From NCBI GenBank assembly GCA_030248215.1, contig JASANG010001276.1:372001-413965 (forward strand): a stretch of DNA of 41,965 bases, written 5' to 3'. The notes below the pieces were generated by a model. The model did not search any database and was not told the origin of the DNA. It saw only the letters and a program-made list of their open reading frames with translations. Positions 1 to 11,400 of the stretch are shown one piece after another. The DNA is from Enoplolaimus lenunculus. Taxonomy: Eukaryota. The number at the start of each line of letters is the position of its first letter. The stretch's first letter is position 1. A program made the translations under genes and the position numbers.

Positions 1-853
1 CTACTGTCAGCTTATTCCGTATTAGCAGCACTTCTGTACACGGTGTCTACACGACTTATTGATTTCTGTTTTAAGCTCAACCTCAGTATTTTAAAAAAAT
101 TTGGTTTTGTCCATAAATCCGTATGCATGAAATGAACACAAAAATACCAAAACGGTTTAATTTCCGCACTCTGAACCAGTTTCCAATCACCGCTCGACAA
201 GAACTTTTGAAAATTTGTTCATGCGCATTGCGCATAGACATAAAATAGCGCATATTGTGTTCATTTGTTCCCTCTGAATTGTAATGTTTACTAAATTCAC
301 TATACAGCCGCTGATTAGCGTTCTGCAATGCTGTTATATGCTCTATCTTAATCATAAGGACACGGTAGTGTCTCTTATAATATGTTTTACCCAAAATTTT
401 TGATTCTAAAAATCGTTCATATTTTCATGCAGCTAGTTTAGATATGTATAATTTATCGCATGTAGCAACATCATACTATAAGCTTACTACATACAATGTC
501 AGGTTCCATTCAAATTCTGTAGTAGCAAACTAGGCGAAAGTTTGCTCTAATTTTTGTGCAAATTTTCTTCGTATTTTGACTCAGATAAACGGCGTCGAAG
601 TAAACTATGAAACTACGCAGCCCCGGTACATAGAGCCAACAATTATTTTTTAAGCATTGCCTAGTGTGTTGGCTTAGCGTATTGTTATGCAACAGTTGAT
701 GCTACATTATCTCGTTTTTCGTCATACTGTGCGTTGACTTTTTTAAAATCTGTAAAGAAAATTGTTTTAAAAACAGGAATATACATAGCTAGGTAGAGCA
801 AACTATCATGAATGCGGATCGATTAAAATAATAATTGGTGGGGTTGGTGCATC

Positions 854-923
854 GGTTATGAGTGACTTAATAATCTTGGTAAGTTAGTGGTTATGAGTGA
901 CTTAATAATCTTGGTAAGTTAGT
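854..923. repeat. Perfect tandem duplication of a 35-bp unit
   Basis: ggttatgagtgacttaataatcttggtaagttagt at 854-888 and 889-923. Confidence 0.9.
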
Positions 924-1003
924 ATCAATTCAATTTTGTTTGTTGTTCGATCTTTTCAGTATCTATACCCGTATCAGAACAAAGTTACTTTTGTAAAGTT
1001 GTG

Positions 1004-2134
1004 AAACAAGTTGTTAAAGTGCCCCTAACCGGGCCATAGAAAAAGATATGTTTTGAAAACATATTTGATGTGTAACGGGTAAAGTTTAGAAACAAGGGAC
1101 TCGAACAAATTTTGAAAGTTAAATTCACGTACTACCTTTTTTCACAAAAATCGGGCTTATTTTCTAGGACAGCATATTTCAGATTGCCAAAAAAGTTTTG
1201 GCGGTCACAAGCAAGCTGTGATGTGTCACACAGAAACATATTCACAGATTTGTTTGATAGTTTCGTAATTTTCTGAATTACCCGTTATCGCAAAAAAATG
1301 ACTCAGGGGATAGACGCTTTGAACATGCGCTGTGGAGATGTGATTTTCATCTTATTCAAACACCATGAAACAAATGTTTACCTATTTACTACTACTGGCA
1401 CTAATAAGTGCCATTTTTCACGGCACAAATTTCTAACCCTGTGTGGATTTTATACAAAAATGATAATTTACAAACATAGATGGCAGTATGAAGCTTTATA
1501 ACCAACTTTAGTTTTATCGAAATCTTAACCTTTGTTTTTGAGTGGCCCATTGTTCATAGCACAGTATAATGCGACGTCAGCCTTCGTCTCCGGCATAAAA
1601 TCGACCTCTCCGACTAAGGCAAATTTTGGTTCAACTCTGACTCCGGTATTTTAACCTACGGTTGCTTCCTGGTTCACGCTGTAAACTAATGCTAAATTAC
1701 GCAAAATTATAAACGAATATACAAAGTTTCCGAAAATATTGCACTTTGCCAGTACAATTCAGGAACGCAGACTTCTCAAGGGTTCTTCAAAATTTATCAT
1801 GAAACAAAGCGATTACAAAATTTGTCAAATTTCTTTTTAACCGAAGGAAAACATCAAATATAATACTGTTTGGTTTATGGCCGCCCAAAGCTGTGAATAT
1901 GTTTCTGTGTGACACATCACAGCTTGCTTGTGACCGCCAAAACTTTTTTGGCAATCTGAAATATGCTGTCCTAGAAAATAAGCCCGATTTTTGTGAAAAA
2001 AGGTAGTACGTGAATTTAACTTTCAAAATTTGTTCGAGTCCCTTGTTTCTAAACTTTACCCGTTACACATCAAATATGTTTTCAAAACATATCTTTTTCT
2101 ATGGCCCGGTTAGGGGCACTTTAACAACTTGTTT
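1004..2134. mobile_element. Long inverted-repeat element: 244-bp arms (1004-1247, 1891-2134) with a 643-bp spacer; possibly a TTAA-targeting (Kolobok-like) non-autonomous DNA transposon 1018-2120
   Basis: The arms read as exact reverse complements; TTAA|AGTGCCCC ... GGGGCACT|TTAA. The inverted repeat is certain, the superfamily is inferred. Confidence 0.8.
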
Positions 2135-2277
2135 ATATATTTTTCCAAATAACAGTGCAATTTTCGGCAATCAACTGACTTGTGACATGTGTTTTCTGAC
2201 TTTCAATTTTAATTTGCAAGTCACATCATAAACACAAAATTGTAAGAAATACACAGATTGCATGGATTGATCATTCT

Positions 2278-2290
2278 GTTGCTGAGCAAC
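2278..2290. promoter_or_regulatory. X-box-like (RFX/DAF-19) motif GTTGCTGAGCAAC; a second imperfect one, ATGCGCATGGTAAC, at 2308-2321
   Basis: Palindromic GTTGCT-G-AGCAAC lies 68-80 nt upstream of the ATG of a ciliary gene; bbs genes are known RFX targets. Confidence 0.65.
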
Positions 2291-2357
2291 GGCCAGTTCT
2301 AAAATTTATGCGCATGGTAACCTTGTTTGCAGTACGTTGAAGCAATTGATGTAGTAT

Positions 2358-2459
2358 ATGGATCCGTTATTTTGTGCGTTGAGTTTATTCAATCGAAGAG
2401 AATATGGTAGAGCAGCGGAAGAATGCGGAAAATTGCTTGAAAAGAATCCGTATGACCAG
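2358..2459 (+). CDS. bbs-8: bbs-8 exon 1 (MDPLFCALSLFNRREYGRAAEECGKLLEKNPYDQ)
   Basis: ATG at 2358, donor GTAGGT at 2460; resembles the TTC8 N-terminus. Confidence 0.92.
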
Positions 2460-5400
2460 GTAGGTACACTACAAAAAATGGTGAGTCAAAATTGATTTTC
2501 TGCGAAATAGGCTTTTTGGGACTACACAAATTGAGTCAAAATTCGACTCGCCAGTATCAAGTTCAACTCACTGAGTCGCACGTTTGACTCTGGTGGAGTC
2601 AAATTTGGCTCAATTTGTGTAGTCCCGAAAAGCCTATTTCGGAGAGTCAATTTGACTCATCGTTTTTGCAGTGTATTTTAACTTTGTTATTTGAGTGATC
2701 TGGGATATTTGCTGAAAGTATATACGCCTGATACTTCAAATCCGTCTTGTTGAATATCATATCATATATGCTGTTAATTTGGAATATCATATGATATTCA
2801 ACAATATGTCTGATTATGTCACGTGACATTCGAACACTTGTATGCTGAGGTAACCAGAATACCCGGGCTTTTTATGTCACATTATATTCGACTTTTGTCT
2901 GTCCGTATCATATGATGGTAACAAAAATTTATGTTGATGTCGAATCAACATGTGACAAAACGTGACCCGACTGCCCCAGTTATAACGTGAACCCCGCATT
3001 AGTGCGAAATCTGTACAACATGAGGTAGTTTTTTATCCGGATATGACAAGCTTGAAAATATTCCTGTGAGAAGGGCTTAAACTTATTACTTTGTTTGTTC
3101 TTACGCAATGAAAACGATCGGAAATTTGTCAGTTTGCTTCATATCACAGAGCAATGGTTTGGAAAAAATTATAGCCACCCTAGAAAGTTTTCAACCTTGC
3201 TTGTAACTCATTGAAAGCCCTTGAACGCCCCTCCTGAAAAAAATTTAGCCCCCCCCCCCAGAAGGGCGAGCTGGCTACGGGCCTGTTTGCAGATTGTCAA
3301 TATTCTAAACATTTACAGGAAGCAAAAACATAGGTTAAAAGAAACATAAATTCAGTCTTTTTTGTATATAAAGTGTATGAATTACCTATTGCGGCATGAA
3401 AATTGAATTACCACTCATTTACTCGACTAAAAAGCGATATTTTACTGATTTGCATTCAAAATAGACACCCTTATTTTCTTATTCACATCGCTACGGTAAC
3501 AACATGGGTCATATAAAAAGTCTGCATTAAAACTGAATTTCTACTAATTAAAAATTTCAGACAGCTTGGACATTGAAACTCCAATGCCTGACAAAACAAG
3601 TCTATATTGATGAAGTTGAAAACGACGAAGAAGGCATCGCTGAATCGTTGTTCGACGAAAATTCGCTTGCTCAAGTCGCTCGACCCGGAACATCTTTGGC
3701 GAATCCTGGAACGGCAAAAGGAACACCGAGTCAAAGTTATCGGTAAGCTGACCCCAAAGCAGTGTCTTTGCCAGGAAAAGTACAGCTGGTGAGAAAAGTA
3801 GGGTCTTGTTATACGTTGATTTAGGCCTAAGCATACAACGGATGGGTCGTTGTTTTGTTTTTCAAAGTTTAAAACTTGCTTAATAAACTTCAGCTAATTA
3901 TAAACAGCCGCTTTTTGAACATGCATTTGAAAGCTATTATTTACTTTAGACCTCGCACACAATCTGGTCGGCCTTTGAGCGGAGTTGTTCGACCAGGCAG
4001 TCAAGGAGGTCGTCCTGGTACAATGGAGCAAGCACTGCGAACGCCTAGAACTTCAAAGACAGCTAGACCAGTAACCAGTTCTACAGGACGCTTCATCCGA
4101 TTGGGAACGGTATTAGATGCGGATTTTTATTTGTACTTCGTGTTACCAATATAGTTTAATTGAAGTTACATCGGACATATTATCGTGTTCAGTTTAATTG
4201 GAAAAAATTTCCATTAATCCTTTCTCATTGAATATTTTCTATTTCGTAAAGATGTAAATTTCATACGAGGTTTCGAACCTTAGCCTCACTGATGTGAGGA
4301 GTTTAGCATCGCCACTCAGCTATAGCAACATAATGACCGTGCACAAAAAGGCTCTCACGTCTTGTGGAGATTTTGTACTGTGCATTCGCATAGTAATTGC
4401 CAAATACTGCGCGTTGTATAATTCACGTTATACAGTTTGCGTTTTCACAATATACTCAATATCAGTGAAAATGGTGTGAGTATTTGCAACGCCGAAATCT
4501 TTGCACAGCAATAAATTAATGTCCAGTATTCTTGCAGATTTTTTTACTTCATTTTCTTCGAACTCAAAATTTTATAATTTTGTGTCGTTTTGGTAGGGAG
4601 ATAGACCTATTAACTACGCGCTCGAGAATACACGCCCCAAATTCAAACCTTCTTCATAATCCAAAGATTTTACACGGTTTAAGCATAATATAAATCTGAA
4701 GAGAACCAGTTGCAACATAAAGATCTGCTACTAACAACTTTGTATCTTAACAAAAATCATACTAATTAAATTTGCATACCGCGCACGTCTATAAAAATTT
4801 GACTGTAACGCTGCCTAAAATACGTATGCAGGCTGTTTAGTTTTAATAATATAGAAAGATAAAAAGATATTAACTATTATTCAGTATATAATGCTCGTCA
4901 TAAGTTTCGAATTAAAACACAAAAATAAAAATAAGTGATTCGTTATGTTGCTAAATACTATTTTTACTAAGTAAAAACCAACGGAATAATTGTAAATGAG
5001 AACGAAACAGAACGAAACAAGCAAAACCTAAGTTCAATCATCTTAAAAACTCGTAACCAAAAAATTACAATTCCGGCATCGGAACAGCAGTCAGCCGGAA
5101 TCGGAATCGGAAGTCAAACTTTGTCGGAATTTTAGCCGGAATCGGAATTCCGACGGAACCCTGATAAATACTAATTTTATGGCACAAAACGCGTCCAAAA
5201 CTATACGTTCATGTTTATATTTTATTGATTTTATGGTTAACGATTTTGCATATATGTATAGGCTTCGATGCTGTCGAACCCTGATGGTCCATTTGTGAAC
5301 GTTTCACGTCTTAACATTTCAAAATACGCTTCACAAGAAGCGATAGCGAAACCGTTGTTTGAATATTTATTTTATCATGAAAATGACGTTAGAACAGTGA

Positions 5401-8400
5401 GTATATTTTGATCTTTTATTGAAGAGGCGAGATATGTTTTAATTATTTTGGTAATTTTTGTAAAAGTTAATTGTAACTTTAATACTAAATAGCAAAACCG
5501 TTGTGCTCAACAGCTTAGCCAAAATGTCTCCTATTTTGAAACTTGACAATAAATTATGCTGGCGATTTAATCACTATTGAGCGGAACATAGACTGAGAGC
5601 GGCCACTGCGTTAGATCCACTAGTGGTTCGTGATTTGCTAGGGTTTCTGACAGGGTACAACCCGAGGTCTGCCTCCGACTCCGGCTCCGGTAGAATTTTT
5701 GCCGGAGGTTCCGGCAATTTCGGTAATAAAATTTTGCATAATTTTGCAAAATTGATCTATTTCGCGCGTATCGTTTTACTTTTGTCGCAATTTTCACGAA
5801 AGAATTTTCTAAATTTTCCAGCAAATTAGCGTAAAACCAAAAAACTTAACAACATATTGTTGATATTGGCTAAAAATTAACTAATTATCCATCATTTTTA
5901 CTACCTAATTTCGCCTCACATCCGGCTCCGGTAAGTTTCGTTGACCTCCGTCTCCGGCATTTTTCACCTCCGGCTGCACCCTGGTTTTTGACCATGTTCC
6001 TGACACTGGTTTATAGTAAGTTTAACTCAATTTGGAAGCGTTTTGTTTATTTGCTTTCTAGGCGCTACAACTTGCAGCTCTTGCGAGTCAGGCGGCAAAC
6101 TTTGACGATTGGTACTGGAAATGCCAACTTGGTAAATGTTATTACCGCCTCGGGTTGTATCGTGACGCTGAAAAACAATTCAAATCGGCTATGAATCAAG
6201 AACAACTCGTTGAGTCGTTTTTGTATCTAGGCAAAGTGAGTCCAGTGCAACGTGAGTACAGTATCATGTTGCAGTACGACTCCACAGGAACGACCAACTT
6301 GTCGACCGTTCATTTACTGCATAATGAGATTAACAGTGGAGATATACCATACGTTGCATGGCAGAAAATGTACCAGCACGCGTTCTATTTTTGCGCGACC
6401 CGCACCCTGATTAGTGAATAAATTCAGAAATACTTTTTTGTGTGTAGCGGAGGGTTGGTGCTGAAAATAGAGTATATTGCATTGTAAGATTTATGTCGCA
6501 ACTGCAGTATCGCTGCACTTTTTGTAGTTGAAACTATCTTTTCCAGGTGTATGTTCGACTCGATCAACCGCTAACCGCTATACAAATATATAATCAAGGA
6601 TTGGACAAATTTTCAAACGATACATTTCTTTTGACAGCAATTGCACGGACATACGAGGTACGTATATTATTTTTCTAAATGGTTTCAACACTGGCGAATT
6701 CAAGGTGGGACCAGCTAGGACTGGCTTCCTCAACGACCAAAACTAAAAATTTTGTATTTAAGATTTACGATGCGTTTCATTTCACACTGGCATCGCTCGA
6801 GAGCTTTTTTCGCTAATTTAATATGGATCCGCTGCATGTTTTCAAATACGTATATTAAATTAAACAATAGCAATTATGGCCAATGTAAAGAACAGGGCGG
6901 AACGGTATTATAAGCTTATTCGTAAGCCTAAGCCGAAGCGTAAGAATGAGTTTATTCCTAAGCCTAAGCCTAAAAGCGAAAGCGTAAGGTCCCCCATAGC
7001 CAAAGGTCCTTTTCACAAAAAAAATTCAAAATAGCGATTTTTTGCATCAAACTTAATTTATCAGAATATCACCTGAAGTAGAAATGCATTTGCAAGTCAA
7101 CGATCAGACCTAAAAACGATAATTTTATCATGTATTCATATGAAAATATATGCATGAAAAGATGCAGATCGAGACGGTAAAGCGATGAATGGTAAAGGTT
7201 CATGCTTTACAAATTTACTTTTATGTTGTTCATGAATTATTTAGTTCAAATTTGTTCACCCTTCAGTTTGTACATACTGTAGTGACCCGAATAAGGAAGT
7301 TAACAAGAGGGGGTCCTCGTTTTGAGTCCCAATCGATAGGAGTCCGTATCCCTAATAAGAGCCCGTAAGCGGATAGAGTCCCTAAACCCTTAGAGTCTAT
7401 AAATGTCCATTATCCGTAATTGTACACTGTAAAAAATGGGGAGTCAAATTGACTCCCCCGGAAACAGGCTTTTCCTGACTACACAAACTGAGTCAAATTT
7501 GACTCCGCCGGAGTCAACAGTGAATCGAATTTGACTCTGGCGGAGTCAAATTTAACTCAGTTTGTGTAGTCAGGAAAAGCCTGTTTCCGAGGGAGTCAAT
7601 TTGACTCCCCATTTTTTACAGTGTAGCGCATAAATGACTCCAGGACCAAATAAAGTTGAGTTCGAAACTTTGAAGCGTACTTAAGACTTTAACCTTGGAT
7701 TATCGCTCAAGCTATTGACACAAGATACACATTTAATGTAACGGATGGTTGCACCAAATAAATGTCAGTCCCTTCTCTTATTCGGGTCACTACAATATGT
7801 AAATTTCACCTGCAGCGCTATATCTGTGCCAACTGTAGTGACTTTCAAAGGTAACTATATTAGTTGAGCCAGAGCGACCACAAATCAATTTACTCTTCCT
7901 GCCCCGGCTGTTCACGGCTTTGCACGGAGAACAACTTCATACCAAAACGAATTTCGACTACACCCAGAGTATCACCTTTGTTTGGACTCCTGGTTGCTAT
8001 GCTGAGATAAAATTTCTTACTTGCCAAAGCAAACTCTGTAAAAAGTTTTTGAATCCGTAGTTGCATGTGAAAATTTATTTTAAGACAGATTTTTATTCTT
8101 TGTTCGAAAAAGCCTGGACCAATGGTGAAAATTTGGGTTTAGAACCATGCCTAAAGCCCTATTAATTTTGGCTATGCGCATGTTTTATTGTCTGCTAAAC
8201 GCGCATGTCCCGAAATAAAACTTTTTACAGCATAATTCACACGGTAGTGACCCGAATAAGAGGACGGACTGATATTTATTTGGCATCTCCAAAGGGTACC
8301 CCCCTTGTTATTCGATTACGGACTGTTATTTATTTTGAACCCACACTCCGCCACCCCTCGTTACTGATATATATCCGGTACTGCAATTATTCGTTGAATT

Positions 8401-11400
8401 AAACGTTTATTTGTCTTGTATCGATAGCTTGAGCGATCATGCAAGATTATATTTAGGAATGGACTTTAAAAATTGAAGTACGCTTTAAAGTTTCGAACTC
8501 AATTTTATTTGGTCATGGAGTCATTTATGCACTACAATTAGGAATAACTGACTTTCATGGACTCTAATTAGGACTTAGGGACTCTATCCGCTTGCGGACT
8601 CTCATTATTAATACAGACTCCTATTGATTGGGACTCAAAATGGGGACGCCGCCCTCTTATTACCCCACGTCCTCTTATTCGGGTCACTACAGTACTCAAA
8701 TTGTGCCTTTCTGGCTCGCTGCGTTTGCGAAATTGTTTTCAACTGATTCTCGTTGAGGCGGACCGTTCCACTAGATCCATGTCACTGCACGTATAAATGT
8801 TTCAATATATTTTACGTATAAATATGCATATTTTATGTAGAAATAGTTATTTTTGAGCTGGTCAGTATATTTGCCACAACATTAAAAATAACTCGAGCGG
8901 GAAGAATGTAATGTACTTTGAAAACTTAAGTATGCTTTAAAGTAGCGAACTGAATTTCATTTGAGCCTGGAGTTATTTATGCACTAATATTGGCAACAAC
9001 TGACATTTATGGACTCTAATTAGGGTTTAGGGACTCTATCTGCTTACGGACTATTATAACGGATACGGACTCTTATTGATTGGGACTCAAAATGGGGACC
9101 CTCCCTCTTATTACCCCAATCTTATTTGGATCATTACAGTACTGTAAACAAAATTAGCTAACCATACAACCAAACACCAATCGAATTTAGTATTTTCAAT
9201 ATTTGACAGGTTCGTATACAGACGAATCGATGAGGATCAGACTCAGCCTTCCTACAAAAAAACTTGTCTCCCTTGAAAAGTTTATGCTCCGTTTGTGAGC
9301 CATTTGAAACCCGTATTGGCGTTCATGGAATTTAACATCCGTTTTTTACTATATTAAGCTGGCTTACGAACCAGATGTTTAAGTTATCGGGAACAGTCAC
9401 TGCTTAGGATAATTCGGTTGCCAGCGGGGACAAAGAAAACTGAAGTCTTCGAACTCTGTGTATGGGTATGGGTGTGATTTTTAAAAGGAACTATAGGAGC
9501 TAAACATGACTGGTTACAAACGTAGCAGTCGCAGGTTTTGTTGTTGTTGTCGTTGTCGAAAACAGGGTACTGTATTGGCTCCGTTCTGATGCTTGCAATA
9601 CCGTAATGCATCTTGCCATCGAACGCAAGTAATGATTTGTTAAATAGCGATATTTTTCACTATACTGATAATAGACGATTGCACTTAGCGTTGAAAACGA
9701 TATCACCAGACAGTTGCTTAGCATGACCACCCATAACGTTACTGCGCTATTATAGAATGTCTCAGAACTGACAGCTTCGAGTAAATGAAGACCACACGGT
9801 AGAATATTGCAGATGATAAATAAAAATGTTACCGTGACGGTCATACATGAAATTCGATTGCTTTTATCACATGTAGTTGGTGATGCGTTTTTGCCAGAAC
9901 TAAGCGTACTCGCTTTGCGGCAACGACCAACGATTTGTTTTCGAACAATACAGTTTTCAATGCGCGATATGTAGCGGTTTTTGGTTTTCTGCGAAGAAAT
10001 GGAATTAATAATTGTTGGATAATTGTGTTCGGCTTGAGTTGTGAACAGGTTACTTTTGGATAGACTGGTACTGTGTACGCCGTTACGTGAAGGTATATCG
10101 TTGGATAAATGATCATATGACATATTCTCGGCGTGTATTTGACGACGTTTTTCAGCTTCGTGTGTGCTTGCAATGGGTTTGTCCTTTTGTGTGTTTAATA
10201 TCGGCACACGTATTGACGTTTCCAACGTCGAATACTGTGCTGCTGGAACTGGAGAATTTTCGCTCAGTTGTTCAGTTGATACATCGTTGTTTGCCGGCAT
10301 TTTCACTGACACCAGAGTTTCGTTGACTAAGTTATTGCTTTCTGGTCTGTTTCCGGTGTCAAAAAATCCATTATTACCGTGCAGATAAGACATTGAGGTG
10401 CTAAGCTTTTGTACCATTGGCCAAAGAGATCGACGTTCAATTGGGCTTCCAGCGTATTTTGATAGTGATGATAAATCTTGTGACGACCTGTACTGTCGTA
10501 CAGTTTTCGTTTCAAATCCAATCATCGGTACTGTCGATAATTTAAAAATTGCTGAATAATTATTTTCAAGCTTTGTCGCTAAATATGAATTGTGCGTGAT
10601 TGATGTACGGCTTAAAGTGTCGTTGGCATTGATTACCGTTAATACTGGTGGTGTTTTTCGCATCCGGTGTCGGGGTTGTTCTAGGCTCGATTTAATATGA
10701 TGCGTACGATTTGACATCATTAAACGTGTTCTGTCTGATCGGCGAATACTTTGTACAATTTTCACATTCATGCATGCAATAAGCGCAAATGGTAGCAAAA
10801 ACACAAACAACGTATAAAATGCAGTTGCGTATAGCGTTAAATACAACTGGGAATCACGTAACCAACGCGACGGTGCAAGTTGTTCAGGTTTGGCTGAATT
10901 TGGTGCAATTACACAATATTCAAAAAATCGAGGAATGTTATATGCGAATGATGACATAGCTAGTACCATAACAATAAATAACGCGCGCAAATTGCTAAAA
11001 TGCATTGCAGCACGTAACGGTTGTGTCACTGCGATTAAGCGTTCAACAGTAATGGTAACAAATAGCCATACAGCGCAAGTTTGACATGTCATTAGCACAG
11101 GATACGCACCTAAGGTAACAATGCGGTATATTGTAATTGGTCCCATGGTCAGAACGGTACGTTCAGGGTACAATTGAACAAGTAGTACAGGAACGGCGAA
11201 AGTCGGCGCAAACAACGCGCTGAAAACACAATCAAACCCGCTTTGCGCTCCAAGCAGGATATTGATTGGATGATTACGCATTTTTCGGTGTAAAAACATC
11301 ACAGTTGACCATCCGTTGCATAGAATGCCAACGATTCCAACAAAACAGTATATATATGCAATAATGAAGTGTTGCTTGTAAAGTTGATTACTACGAAGTA

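Noticed and set aside
12..394. Minus-strand ORFs at the window start (62 and 103 aa)
   Set aside because: No recognisable motif; the longer one starts at a non-ATG codon. It could be a fragment of something outside the window but cannot be supported.
1787..2231. Short ORFs in the right arm of the 244-bp inverted repeat as a transposase remnant
   Set aside because: Non-ATG starts, no DDE or DNA-binding motif; no autonomous transposase is visible anywhere in the window.
9841..10521. Alternative-frame and antisense ORFs overlapping the GPCR (and 28702-29017 overlapping mod-1)
   Set aside because: Shadow ORFs of real coding sequence with no independent features.
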